Shown: positions 30,121 to 41,327, counted from the stretch's first letter. The stretch: 64,000 nt of DNA from Candidatus Heimdallarchaeota archaeon (GCA_019058275.1 JAHLVW010000099.1:16321-80320), one strand, 5' to 3'. The notes: generated by a model from the sequence alone, not told the origin. Translations and numbers: made by a program.

Positions 30121-30390
30121 ATGGTTATGAGTAATATTTGTCTGTTTATGGAGAAGAACACGTTGTCAATAATAAGAAGATTATTGAAAAACAAAGCAGC
30201 TAAAAGTAAGAAATCAATTATCTCAGGAACAGTTGGCACTGTAATTGCTATTGCAATTTTTGCGGTCTTTTTAAGTGATTGGGGAGCAGCCTTTGGAGTC
30301 ATTCTTAGTTCTATCGTATTAACAGCGATAGCTGTTGGTGTTTATTTCTGGTTACGTGCAATCAATGAACTTCCTGATGTGCTCAGCTAA
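30121..30390 (+). CDS. small two-TM membrane protein
   Basis: Basic N-region and two hydrophobic helices; start uncertain. Confidence 0.55.
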   Translation: MVMSNICLFMEKNTLSIIRRLLKNKAAKSKKSIISGTVGTVIAIAIFAVFLSDWGAAFGVILSSIVLTAIAVGVYFWLRAINELPDVLS

Positions 30391-30590
30391 TGATTTTGAA
30401 ATGATAAATAGTATTAGTATAATCGCTTAGATATTTTTTAAAACAAATAATTAAATAAATAAAGAACTGTTATATGAGAACTTTAAAGGATTATGTTAAA
30501 CAAAACAGTCAAAACTTCAACAAATTAGTTGAATTAATGAAAAACGATTGTAAGAATACCTTTATAATACAAAAAAAGAATAGTTAATTA

Positions 30591-30682
30591 GCGTGCTTAA
30601 TGCCATTTGGCACGCCATTTTGAATATTGACTATCTCCTGTTTCGACGCGGGACTTTTCGATTGGAAAGTTCCCGCGTTTTT
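30591..30682 (+). ncRNA. candidate small structured ncRNA
   Basis: TATA-like TTTATAA at 30561, hairpin GCGTGC/GCACGC, strong hairpin ACGCGGGA.../...TCCCGCGT, then T5. Confidence 0.4.
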
Positions 30683-30742
30683 GATTTCGAAGGTTAAATT
30701 AATTTGAGTTTAGTGAAGAAAAAGAGATAATTTGTTAGAAAG

Positions 30743-32075
30743 TTATTTCTTACGTTTTCTAACAAGCAATATAATTATAATAAAACTCAGAAACGATGGA
30801 ATAACAAAAATGACATTAAAACCAGTTTTTCCAGTAGGCTCAGGTTCAGATATTATAGAACTAATATTCTCTGATGGATTAATTGCTAGATCAGGACAAT
30901 CATATGTTGCCATATATAGTAGTCCAGGATATACTATATTTTGACAATTACTAATAACTCCATTAGCATGTGGATTAAAACCATCCCAAAGATAAGTCCA
31001 ATCATCTCCATGGAATGTTTCAAGAGTAACTGAAACGATTCCTCTAGCACTATATATCCAATCTCCCCATTCTCCTGCACATGGATACAAATACTCATGA
31101 GTAAAACCTGTGAGCAAGGCTAATTCATTGCCTAGATCATCATAAATCTCTTCATCTGGACAAGAGTATGAAGAATCATAAGACCAAGGAGTTATTATTA
31201 ACTCAACGCCTGAATGCAATGATACTGCTGCTTGGAAATAATGCTGTCTTACAAAATTAGCTAATGCTAGAGTTTCAGGTTCAGAAAAAGGTTCTTCTCC
31301 TCGATATGTATCATGAGTAACATTATCACTATTACCAAATGGATAATCCCATTGGTATGCATAGTTTCTGTTTAAATCCACTCCTCCAGGTTTATCTTCT
31401 GCTATTGTTTCATCTGGATCGTCAAAATCAACACCAGTAATAATCTCATTTTCATCTTCAATTCCATCACCATCTTCATCAATAGGATGATAGTTTTTCC
31501 TCATTTCAGGCCATAGATGAAGAATATCTAATGAATCAATGTTCAATGAAGGTACAACATAAATGGTTCTTTCATTGAGCATTTCCTGAATCTCTTCATC
31601 ACCATTAGTAAAATCATAAACTATTTTGTCAATAAAATAAAGAGCATTTTCTATTGTAATAGATTCTCTTGCATGATGATGTGCAACTAAGAAAAATTCT
31701 TTTTTGAATTTTTCAGATGTTTCGTTAGTGATTATCACTAATGATATATTATTTCCTTGATAACTAGTTCCAATGTCTGATATATCAACTAAACCCGGGA
31801 AATTTGTTTCTAATGAGTTAAGTTTGCTAACAAGTTCAGTTCTATTATGGTAAGGTCCTAAGCTATTACCCCAATTTGCTATATCATTTCCTGGTAAATC
31901 TCCAGGGCTGCCTTCGAATTCATCCCAAATCCAGATATAATCTGAATTCGCTAGAGTAATTTCATAACTTAGATTTCCTTCTTTTGAGCTTAAATACAAA
32001 AGGTAAACTAGTAAGTAATGAACAATAGAAAATAATGATCATGCTAAATGTAAAGAATGTTCTTTTAGTTAACAT
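30743..32075 (-). CDS. secreted M14 zinc carboxypeptidase; signal-peptide region shifted by one extra nt near 31993
   Basis: HARE, GVDLNRNY, SEPET, SLHSG and TLE; C-terminal TM followed by RKRKK. ATG 32075 encodes a signal peptide (MLTKRTFFTFSMIIIF...) in another frame. Confidence 0.88.
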
Positions 32076-32152
32076 TTTCTTCTTATAATAAAGGAATTAG
32101 TGAGTACAAAAAACCTTAGTAAACTTTAGGATAAATCTTCATAAATGGCAAA

Positions 32153-32698
32153 TTGATAATACTATCTGGAGTTTTTTGTTTGATAGATGTAGAAATTAAA
32201 GTTAGGTATGAGCACCATACTCGAGTAAAAAAGATACTTGAAAAAAAAGGAGCGATATTCGGGGGAGTTGATAATCAAATTGATATTTATTTCAAATCAC
32301 CCACAGGTCGTTTGAAATTAAGGAAGGGGAATATCGAAAATGCTCTCGTTTTTTATTCTCGAGATAATATTAAAGGGATTAAACCAAGTGAGTATTATCT
32401 ATACAAATCTCAAGAACCTGAAATGCTTGAAGAGATATTGAAAATGGCTTTGGGAGAACTTGTTACAGTTGAGAAAAAGCGAGAGATGTACTTTATTGAT
32501 AATGTCAAATTCAATTTAGATGAAGTAAAAGATTTAGGAAAATTCATAGAAATCGAAGCGATTGGAACTGACTCGAATGAAATTGATAAACTAGATCATG
32601 TTGTTAGAGAATATGTTAAGCTTTTTGATATACAGGAAAAGGATATTCAAAGTCATTCTTACAGTGATTTAATGTTAGAGAAATTGAAAAAGAACTAG
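32153..32698 (+). CDS. cyaB: CYTH domain protein (class IV adenylate cyclase family)
   Basis: DVEIK, Q.DIYF, RLKLR, VEKKR, LDEV..LG.FIEIE and SYSDL. Confidence 0.88.
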   Translation: MIILSGVFCLIDVEIKVRYEHHTRVKKILEKKGAIFGGVDNQIDIYFKSPTGRLKLRKGNIENALVFYSRDNIKGIKPSEYYLYKSQEPEMLEEILKMALGELVTVEKKREMYFIDNVKFNLDEVKDLGKFIEIEAIGTDSNEIDKLDHVVREYVKLFDIQEKDIQSHSYSDLMLEKLKKN

Positions 32699-32721
32699 TT
32701 TCTAAAATTAAAAAAGAAAAA

Positions 32722-32757
32722 AGCCATCTTTCCTCCCCCATAGAAGGAAAGATAGCT
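32722..32757. terminator. hairpin between convergent genes
   Basis: AGCCATCTTTCCT...AGGAAAGATAGCT with a flanking A-run. Confidence 0.55.
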
Positions 32758-32775
32758 CCTCATATTCCCCTTATA

Positions 32776-35700
32776 CTAATCCTTTTTCTCGACGACGGAT
32801 AGTTTGTCAGGAATTAGTTTTTGTTGACAAATTGGGCAAGTCCCCTTTACTTTTACCCATTCCAACAAATGCTCTTTATGAGCAATATTTTCACAATGAT
32901 AACATTCTAAATATTCAGATCCAAATGAAATTGGTAGTTTGCATACTGAACACAGAATGGTATCGACTCCACAATTCGGACATGCTTCCTGGAAATTTGT
33001 CCTTTCTTCTCCACAAGAGAAACACTTAGTAGTTCTCTTCGATATTCTCTCCATTATAGCTTCTTGATCTACTGGCAGTGACATTTCTGAAGGAGTAACT
33101 CCCAAGCTAATTAGACTGGTAATTTCATTTACAATACAATTTTTGATTTCATCTGGTGCTTCTTGATAAGCTAGTTGTAAATAGTTAAGTGAGGATTGTA
33201 GTTCTTTTGTGTCACGAAAAGCTAAACCAAGCTCTTCGGCAATTATGTACAAGGGTATATCTAATTGTATGTTGTAAATCACCTTTTGCTGCTCTTTCAT
33301 TCCGCTGAGATTATGAAACTCCTTCTGTAAAGCATTAGCTTTTTCTGATCCCTTCATAGTTCCTTTAATATCAATTATCCTCTCCAATGGTTTAATCAAC
33401 CAATCCAAGATATCTATTAGTTCATGGACAGCAATAATCTCGAGAGACTCCTTTGCTTCTTGCCATAGTATCAATCCATCCTCAAATTTAGCTTCATTAA
33501 TCGATTTTTGACCCATTTTAAGCTGATCCCTAGCCTTGAATTTATGGAATTGTTGTGTGTATCTAGGAACATGTTCAGATGCTAGTTTTAACCCTGATTT
33601 CCAATTTCCTTGGCTAATATACTTCTCCAAAAGTGAGCTTAATGCTCTTTTTCTGAGAGCTTTGAATTCCAAATCAGCAGTTCCTTTACCAGCAAAGTAT
33701 CTATCGAGTTTTTGTTCAGTTCTTTTGTACATTTGTAAACCAAACACTATGTAGAGAACCAAGACTAATGCTATTGCAACCCAAAGAGTAACAAAAAGAT
33801 CATTGGAGGTTAAATGGAATTTATTTGTTACTTTATACAGAGTACTAAATTGATACGTTCCTGCTCCAGTTACTAGTGTTATAGTCACTTCTTCTGTATA
33901 CTTGCTCTTTGGTGTAAAACCAATAAATACAATGGATAATTCCTTGGTTGTTGTTGAATCAGAGCTAAAGTTGTAGAAATATGAAACACCTTGATCAATA
34001 TAGGCTGAATAAATATTAACTTTTACTTGTAAATCTCTTGACAATCTGTTATTGAAAGTTAGTTCTATTATATGTGAAATTGAGTCAACTCTTCTTATTG
34101 TAATAGGTGAAGGTTGTAAAACAAGTTCGATTTCAGGTTTAAAATCGACATCAATGATTAATTCATATTTTCTAATAATTCGTGAGTTTTGCAGAACCGT
34201 AAATTCAATTTGCTCATTCTCTATAGTTGTGGTAATTTCATTTACGTTTAAAGTCACATTACCTGGCAATTCTGCAATAGTATAGTTTATGTCTAGGTTG
34301 CTATCAACCTTTGCTTGAATAGTTAAATCACTTCTTGAAACATTATTGCCTACTAAATCTGTTGGTTGAATATACAATTCATTTTCACTATTTTCTAGAA
34401 GTACTTCAGCATTCCCTCTAACATTAAAAGCTAAATGTTGAGCTAAATAGAATTCAATAGAAGGATTATTGAGATTGTTCTTACCAAGACTTGAGCTAAT
34501 TTGTATGTCAAATAGCTTGAGAGTTGTACTTGAAGATATTTGTTTTAGGTCCGATGAATAGGTATCAGTTTGAGCCATGTCATCTCCTACTAAAATCGTA
34601 TATTTGCTCACATCAACATTGAATAAATCATATGAAATGGCTATGATTTCATCTTGACCATCTAAGTCCAGATCCACAACCTGGCCATCCAATGACCAAC
34701 TTGGTGTTTGATTCATAATCGATAACTGTATTGTTCCAAAATTCCCAGAACTGAAGCTTGTAGTTATACAGCTGGGTTCTGTACCTGAAATTGCATATAT
34801 ATAACTGCCAAATAGAACTATTCCATCATTTGCTAGACTTTTTGATTTGTATAATTTCATACCATAAACTCTGAAATCATCTACCCCATAGTTTATCGTT
34901 AATGAATCTATAAAAACAAAGTTTCTGGTAACCCCTTTGTTTATTGTAATTGCTTCCAAATATGACTCAACAGTTGGAACGTTAACACCAGTTATGATGA
35001 AATTTACATCATCTGTTTCTGCAATTGTTTCTACATCTATTACTATATGATCTGTTCCATCCCAATTGAAGCTGGTTGATATTTCATAATCATTTGCAAT
35101 TGAATTATAGGTCAGCTCAATGACAGTATTTTGACTTAAATCAGTACTATTTTTACCAATAACATATAATTCGTAAATATTGTCTTGATCAATATCGAAG
35201 ATATCGAATGCATATGTTTCATTTAGAACTGATGAGGAAATGTTGTAAGAATAAGCTAAAGTTAGGCTAGAACTGGTAACAGTAAAGAAATCTATGAATC
35301 TGTATATTGAATCAAATTCCTTTATTGCTATTAGCATTGGATTTGTATTTGTATTATTGAAGCTAGTTTTTATCACTTTACCGTTAATATAATTGGTTTC
35401 TTTGCTCTGCACATCCTTGTATACCACACTATCATAAGAAGTAGCTGAATAATAATCATCGGTGAATGTGAACAATTGTATGACTCCATGATTATGACCT
35501 GTCCCATTACGAATGCTGCCTAAACTAGCAATGGAACCGGTATATGTGGCGGTAGTATTTATTGTTACTAACTCATTCATAGTATAGGAATTATTGAAAT
35601 CTTGTGAAGAAAATTCAGCATCATTTAGATTGAATTTTGTAAAATTCTCTAATAAGCAGTTGAAATTATTTATCTTTACAGGTTCAGATAAAACAATATC

Positions 35701-35793
35701 ATTACGAGTCATCTTAACTACAACTGCTGAAGTTAATACTGAAATAATTATTGCTGATGAAATGAGTATGAATCCATAGAATTGCTGTTTCAT
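32776..35793 (-). CDS. receptor-like membrane protein: extracellular beta-rich/FG-GAP-like region, TM, helical repeats, zinc ribbon and RING-like domain
   Basis: N-terminal signal anchor, DIDQDNIYEL and DLDLDGQDEI motifs, TM near aa 670, TPR-like helices, CFSC..CPNC..CSVC-x12-CYHC-x4-H-x2-H-x3-W-x6-CPIC. Confidence 0.75.
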   Translation of the reverse strand: MKQQFYGFILISSAIIISVLTSAVVVKMTRNDIVLSEPVKINNFNCLLENFTKFNLNDAEFSSQDFNNSYTMNELVTINTTATYTGSIASLGSIRNGTGHNHGVIQLFTFTDDYYSATSYDSVVYKDVQSKETNYINGKVIKTSFNNTNTNPMLIAIKEFDSIYRFIDFFTVTSSSLTLAYSYNISSSVLNETYAFDIFDIDQDNIYELYVIGKNSTDLSQNTVIELTYNSIANDYEISTSFNWDGTDHIVIDVETIAETDDVNFIITGVNVPTVESYLEAITINKGVTRNFVFIDSLTINYGVDDFRVYGMKLYKSKSLANDGIVLFGSYIYAISGTEPSCITTSFSSGNFGTIQLSIMNQTPSWSLDGQVVDLDLDGQDEIIAISYDLFNVDVSKYTILVGDDMAQTDTYSSDLKQISSSTTLKLFDIQISSSLGKNNLNNPSIEFYLAQHLAFNVRGNAEVLLENSENELYIQPTDLVGNNVSRSDLTIQAKVDSNLDINYTIAELPGNVTLNVNEITTTIENEQIEFTVLQNSRIIRKYELIIDVDFKPEIELVLQPSPITIRRVDSISHIIELTFNNRLSRDLQVKVNIYSAYIDQGVSYFYNFSSDSTTTKELSIVFIGFTPKSKYTEEVTITLVTGAGTYQFSTLYKVTNKFHLTSNDLFVTLWVAIALVLVLYIVFGLQMYKRTEQKLDRYFAGKGTADLEFKALRKRALSSLLEKYISQGNWKSGLKLASEHVPRYTQQFHKFKARDQLKMGQKSINEAKFEDGLILWQEAKESLEIIAVHELIDILDWLIKPLERIIDIKGTMKGSEKANALQKEFHNLSGMKEQQKVIYNIQLDIPLYIIAEELGLAFRDTKELQSSLNYLQLAYQEAPDEIKNCIVNEITSLISLGVTPSEMSLPVDQEAIMERISKRTTKCFSCGEERTNFQEACPNCGVDTILCSVCKLPISFGSEYLECYHCENIAHKEHLLEWVKVKGTCPICQQKLIPDKLSVVEKKD

Positions 35794-35827
35794 TTTGTCA
35801 ACCTCATCGCATAAAAGAAAAAGGAAG

Positions 35828-37990
35828 CTACTTAGCTTCCTCTTTCACCTTTCTCCTTTTTACTCCAATGAATGTTAATAGACCTAAACTCATTAGAATT
35901 ATTGGTAAAATAGCTAACATAGGTACACCTTGCGCTTTTGTTACTCCCAATTCATAGTATGGATCATCTTCAAGAGGTGGGTCTTCACCAAAATATAAGC
36001 CAAAGTAACCATCACGAATGATTCTTTCTACCCAGACAAAGTATGTACCAGTTGCTAATTCCAAAGGTTTGCCAGGAATTACTTTGCCCATCTTTTCCCA
36101 TTGATCATTATAAACATGTGCTACAACGATTAATTCAGAAGAATACATGATTATTGCTAGAAAACCAGTATCAGAACTAGTAACAGTTGTGTTAATTAGT
36201 ATGTTTGTATATTCTGAATCCAGTGTCCATTGATTATATGGAAAATTAGCTGATAAAACAAAAGTAGCAGTATTCCAATTAAGTTCAATAGCATCTTCTG
36301 TGGTATCTCCAGACAAGATCACTTCAAGAATGGTGTTACTAGATAATTTTTGAACTGAGAAGATTGTTCCATTTTCATCAGAATAAACTTCTGAAAATGT
36401 GAAATCGCTCATGGGTGCAAAATCAACTGTAATACTCTCTTTAGTTTCCATCCAGAGATAACATGTCGAGTGAACATCCATATCAAAATAAACTTTCTTT
36501 GTAGAACCATCTGATAGAAATACAACAGAGGTAGTTGAGCCTAATGTCTTCGGTTCAATAATGATTGTAACATTGTATATCCACGTTTGTCCTATATTGT
36601 TCATGTTGTCTATAGCAATAATATAGAATGAAATTCTTTCCCCTTCTTCCAAATCTGTGAAAGTTTCAACATATGTGTCTCCTATTGGATCCGTAAGTGT
36701 TGTAAAGTGCCAAGTAGGTTCAGGACCTCCAGTAAGATCATCGAATGTCCAATAAAAACCTGCAGTTAAAATTCCTGAAATATCTTTAGGAGTTATTGAG
36801 ATATCAATGAAAAACTCACCATCTAGTTCCTCATTTATTAGATAAGAAACAGTAATTGATGGTGGAGCAATATCAATCAAAACATAAAGAGATTCTTGAG
36901 TTGAGTAATCATAAGGTCCTCCAAGAGCTAACTCAGTCCAAGATACATTTGCATAAAGATATACAAAATATTCTCTCGTTAAAGATAAGGTCCAGCTTTC
37001 AATTAATTCAGGAATATCCATAGGATCTTCACTTTGTTGAAGTTCAACTAAATCAACACACTCTCCACCTGTATACTCAGCTATCCATGTAAATTGATTA
37101 ACTACAATTCCAGATTCACCTGTATAGATAGAATTGATAATAACATCCTTCTCTTTTAGATTGGTTACAACATCAACAAGCTGTGAACCATTATAGTAAT
37201 CTGTAGTTGACCCTACTCCTACAATATGTCCTGGATCACAATCTTCATCACCCACAATAATGAGTATCTTAGGAATATCCTCTCGCCAACCCCAGCTATT
37301 AGCCAAATATAATGCATCTCCCCAAGGTTCGACTCCACCAGTTGCTATCATATCTGAAATGAAATCATCTACAGCATTGAAATCATCTGTAAATTCTATG
37401 TAGTTACTAGGATGCTCTTGAGGATATTCTGAATACCTTGAGCAACCATATATCATTGCACCAATTCGAAGGGAAGCAATTTTTGAGGTTAAATTAGCTA
37501 CTATATCAAGAAATTCTGCTTTTACAGAATCAATTTCATTACCCATGGAACCACTAACATCAAACACCAAACAGACATCTGCTGCTTGTGATTCATGACT
37601 TCCAAAATCAATCGAGCTGTTTAACACTACTTCAATATTTAGAGTTGACGAGGCTCCAGGATTTATTAATAAAACTTCTTGGTGTTGGGGGTAACTTGAG
37701 GAGAATTCCGCAAATTCACCTATGAAGCCAAAATCTACATAAACATCACTAACAGGATCAATCCCTTGATTGTCCAACGTTAGATTAGCTAACGCACCAC
37801 CATCTTTACCAATAGCGGTTTGATTTATATCAAGAGTAATAACAAAATCTTCTTGGCTATTGATTACAGGATTTTCATCCATGGTGTCAGTTTTTATCTC
37901 GCCCTTTAAAAAACCAAAACTTATTCCACTTAAAAATAGAAAACAAACCAAAACAGTGATCATATTTGTTTTTCGCATTTCTTCATTCAT
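35828..37990 (-). CDS. secreted von Willebrand factor A domain protein, membrane anchored
   Basis: MIDAS motif DVSGSM, GG.EP and IIVGDE; C-terminal TM followed by KRRK. Confidence 0.85.
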   Translation of the reverse strand: MNEEMRKTNMITVLVCFLFLSGISFGFLKGEIKTDTMDENPVINSQEDFVITLDINQTAIGKDGGALANLTLDNQGIDPVSDVYVDFGFIGEFAEFSSSYPQHQEVLLINPGASSTLNIEVVLNSSIDFGSHESQAADVCLVFDVSGSMGNEIDSVKAEFLDIVANLTSKIASLRIGAMIYGCSRYSEYPQEHPSNYIEFTDDFNAVDDFISDMIATGGVEPWGDALYLANSWGWREDIPKILIIVGDEDCDPGHIVGVGSTTDYYNGSQLVDVVTNLKEKDVIINSIYTGESGIVVNQFTWIAEYTGGECVDLVELQQSEDPMDIPELIESWTLSLTREYFVYLYANVSWTELALGGPYDYSTQESLYVLIDIAPPSITVSYLINEELDGEFFIDISITPKDISGILTAGFYWTFDDLTGGPEPTWHFTTLTDPIGDTYVETFTDLEEGERISFYIIAIDNMNNIGQTWIYNVTIIIEPKTLGSTTSVVFLSDGSTKKVYFDMDVHSTCYLWMETKESITVDFAPMSDFTFSEVYSDENGTIFSVQKLSSNTILEVILSGDTTEDAIELNWNTATFVLSANFPYNQWTLDSEYTNILINTTVTSSDTGFLAIIMYSSELIVVAHVYNDQWEKMGKVIPGKPLELATGTYFVWVERIIRDGYFGLYFGEDPPLEDDPYYELGVTKAQGVPMLAILPIILMSLGLLTFIGVKRRKVKEEAK

Positions 37991-38130
37991 CCACCCAAAT
38001 TTTTTGATGAATACTATTCTATCTCATGCCTAGTATATACTATAGTCAAACTTAACTTAAACAATCTCTAACAATAGTTTCTAAACTGTTTTGATACTTT
38101 TTGAACGATAAAAGAAGAAAACTGAACTGT

Positions 38131-39240
38131 TCAGATTTTTGAGTTGAAATTTATTTCATTGCCTTCAAGTGTAATATATTTTCTTAGTAAATTACTAGTC
38201 AAACATGAATGAATTGGGAGAATATATAACAAATCACCAATTTCTAGTTTCTCTAGAATATCTTCTGTTGTACTAATTAGTCCATGCTCTTGACTAACAG
38301 AAGCTACAAATGTATTCTCGAGTGTTTTTCCCCAACCTTTACCTTCTTGTAGTGCTACTAACCCATAGTATTTTGTTCCATCTTCTTTCTCCAGATAATC
38401 TTTTGAGAGATGAATAGCACCACCATATATAACCACAGTTTTTCTTTCTAGATATTTAGCAACAATGGGACAGGCAACAGCGATAGCTATATCCTCTTCT
38501 TTGCAAGATCCAAGTGATAACTGCATTACATCATAAAAAACAAAGTTGCCAGGATGGATTTCATCAACACCGGTAAAATCATCAATAATACTGCAAGAAG
38601 GTGTATCGCCAACAGAAATCTTTACATGAGCAAAACCTTGCAGAAAGAGTCGTTCTTGTATGTTTATTAGTTTTAGAACAGTGTCTTCATAAATATCTTC
38701 AATATTGATTTTTGATTTGGATTTGTAGGTTTTTCCACTATAAGTTAGTAATCCTACAAAATTGAGATTTTCTGAGTTCTTAATATCCCTAATAACAGTT
38801 GAAAGCAAAGGTTCATTATCCCAGTGTATCCCTGTTCGATGATAATCTGTATCAGTTTTTATCCAAATATTTACTTTTGATTTAATATTTTCCTTAAGGA
38901 AAGTTACAGCTTCTTGTGAATCAACAAGTAGATTCAAAGTGATCTTTTCTGCAAGTTTGTTTATTTCATCAATTTGTCGAATGTTTAATACAAATGTAAT
39001 TGTAATATCTTTCCAACCATGTTCAGCAAAATATTCTGCCATATCTACTGAAGAAACAGCTATTGCTGAAACTCCTAGCTCTTTGAACCATTCTCCAATA
39101 TCCGCTGATTGGTGGGTTTTAAAATGAGGACGGAATAAAACTTGACTTTTTTTCGCCTTTTCAACCATCTTTTTGATATTATTCATCACTCGTTCTTTAT
39201 TTAGAAGAATTGTTGGTTTTTTCACTTGCATTACAATCAC
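38131..39240 (-). CDS. PLP fold-III enzyme, D-threonine aldolase/D-serine dehydratase family
   Basis: RPHFKTH, RTG, GDTP, PGNFVFYD, SQEHG and PIHSC. Confidence 0.88.
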   Translation of the reverse strand: MIVMQVKKPTILLNKERVMNNIKKMVEKAKKSQVLFRPHFKTHQSADIGEWFKELGVSAIAVSSVDMAEYFAEHGWKDITITFVLNIRQIDEINKLAEKITLNLLVDSQEAVTFLKENIKSKVNIWIKTDTDYHRTGIHWDNEPLLSTVIRDIKNSENLNFVGLLTYSGKTYKSKSKINIEDIYEDTVLKLINIQERLFLQGFAHVKISVGDTPSCSIIDDFTGVDEIHPGNFVFYDVMQLSLGSCKEEDIAIAVACPIVAKYLERKTVVIYGGAIHLSKDYLEKEDGTKYYGLVALQEGKGWGKTLENTFVASVSQEHGLISTTEDILEKLEIGDLLYILPIHSCLTSNLLRKYITLEGNEINFNSKI

Positions 39241-39341
39241 TTCACTAGTTATCCTAAAAAAATAATCTTTAATAATTAAGAAAAAGTTTGTGTTTAAATT
39301 TATTAATCATTAAATTAGAAAAAAGATGAAAGAAAGGATTA

Positions 39342-41327
39342 CTAAGTTCCTTTCTTACGTTTTAATCTTCTTTTTATCACAAAAGTACTATATGCTAATG
39401 TCAATGTTCCCAAAGAAATAACTGACCAAAATTCTATAGAGAAAACTCCAGTGGGGGTAGTTGAAGTTGTATTTTCAATTACTTCAATAGTAATTTCTTC
39501 TGAATTCGAGAAACCAGCATAATCATTAACTGTTATATTAATGACATAGGTTCCAAGCTGAGTTATTGTTACATTGTATTGTGTGATTGATCCACCTAAT
39601 GTAGTTTCAAGCTTATCATTGGTTCTTATCTCTATATCCTCACAACCAGAACCAGCATCAGATGCTGTCCATGTTAATGGAATATTTCCAGAAGGTACAC
39701 TACTATCATCCTCAGGACCTGTAATTGATATAGTAGGTTTAAGTGTGTCAATATTTACTTGATAATGAGCAGCTGTTTTTCCTATGTTTCCAGCACCATC
39801 TTGAGAAACTATATGAAGATAAGATGTTCCTTCAGACAGAGCAGATGTCAAATTCAACCAGATATTATTATGAAATGTGCCAGTAGATTTTGTTGGTATT
39901 GTATTTGGATTATTATCAATAATATAATAGAAGCCTGTGATTCCATTAACATCTACAGGAACAGACCAATTAAATTTAGGCAATGGATCTGTTGACCATA
40001 AATTGGTATTTGGATGAGTAATTGAAGAAATTGTATCAGGAGCAAAAACTGTACAATCATAATGAATAGTTAAAAATGGATCTCCTAAAATACACATTCC
40101 ATAAAACCATTCAACATAGTAACCAATATATGAATAACCACTAGTAGATGAATTATAGCTGCTACTTGTTATGCCTTGAAACCATTCATAAATACCTTGT
40201 CCAATAGTCTTATTTTGAGCTATTTGATTGTAGAAATAATCACCTTCAAGCATTCCGCCTGTTTTTGTAGTTCCTATAACACCAATAGAATAACTGCTAG
40301 AGAATAGATATGTTGTAGCTAAACAATTTGTATATCGCCAATCAGCTCCATGACAACAAAATAGATTGTAGAAATTGAATGTTGGTTGTATAGTATCGAT
40401 TTCTGTTGCTGTTGTATAACCTTCACCAATTCCGCTTGGACCGAAATAGTGTTGAGATGGTGATGCACCACTATGAGCACATAAATGTGCAAATTCATAA
40501 TCTTGTGTTATTCGATTCTCCCAATCAGTATCATTAGTATAAGTTGCTGGTGTATGTACATCAGTTCTTGTAGTGTAAGGTGCATTTAACCAAGCAGGCC
40601 AATTATCATATGTTCCATCTGCCCATGATTGCCAATCATCATCAATATAAGTTAATGCTCTATGAGTTCGAGCAACACCACCTGTTCGATAAGTGTGTAA
40701 TCGATTTAGTAATGTTAGGATTTCATTTGCATTTGTTCCTCCAAATGAATATGAAGATGCGTCTATTCTACCAAGATAAATTTCTGGATAAATATCACCT
40801 ATTCCTGCTGTATGTATATCAAAAACACCATCAGGTTCACTATCAGTCCAACTTCCATCTAAATCTGTTAAATATAGATCACAAATAAATGTCTCAGCTA
40901 GATATGATACTGCAGGTACTGCAGGATGATAAAATTGAGCATAAGGTAAATTTCCAATCAAAACAGCTCCAGATATCTGATAAGTAGTATACCAATTTTG
41001 TAAAACAGTTTTAACTTGAGTAGCAGTTGATAATGAAGCTGTATGAATTAGAGTTTTATAACCTGTTCGATTCAAATCATATTCATACTGGTAAACTGCT
41101 GTTTGTATTGCAGTAATACCCCAAAGTGCATTTTCAACTATGATACCTACTGTTTCTCCATTTGAATAAGAATTAATGGATGGATCATTAGATATCTTTT
41201 CAATGAAATTTGCTTGAACATCGAATGATGTTGAGAAATTAGTTTGAACTCCAATTGAGCTTGTAGTTGTTGTGGCTAAAAGTAATATAATCATAATAAT
41301 TGGATATCTAAGTTTCAAATTAATCAC
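39342..41327 (-). CDS. secreted C25 (gingipain)-like cysteine peptidase with Ig-like domains and TM anchor
   Basis: AVLIG, PEIYLGRI, AHSG (His), FCCHG (Cys) and ILGDP; C-terminal TM and basic tail. Confidence 0.75.
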   Translation of the reverse strand: MINLKLRYPIIMIILLLATTTTSSIGVQTNFSTSFDVQANFIEKISNDPSINSYSNGETVGIIVENALWGITAIQTAVYQYEYDLNRTGYKTLIHTASLSTATQVKTVLQNWYTTYQISGAVLIGNLPYAQFYHPAVPAVSYLAETFICDLYLTDLDGSWTDSEPDGVFDIHTAGIGDIYPEIYLGRIDASSYSFGGTNANEILTLLNRLHTYRTGGVARTHRALTYIDDDWQSWADGTYDNWPAWLNAPYTTRTDVHTPATYTNDTDWENRITQDYEFAHLCAHSGASPSQHYFGPSGIGEGYTTATEIDTIQPTFNFYNLFCCHGADWRYTNCLATTYLFSSSYSIGVIGTTKTGGMLEGDYFYNQIAQNKTIGQGIYEWFQGITSSSYNSSTSGYSYIGYYVEWFYGMCILGDPFLTIHYDCTVFAPDTISSITHPNTNLWSTDPLPKFNWSVPVDVNGITGFYYIIDNNPNTIPTKSTGTFHNNIWLNLTSALSEGTSYLHIVSQDGAGNIGKTAAHYQVNIDTLKPTISITGPEDDSSVPSGNIPLTWTASDAGSGCEDIEIRTNDKLETTLGGSITQYNVTITQLGTYVINITVNDYAGFSNSEEITIEVIENTTSTTPTGVFSIEFWSVISLGTLTLAYSTFVIKRRLKRKKGT

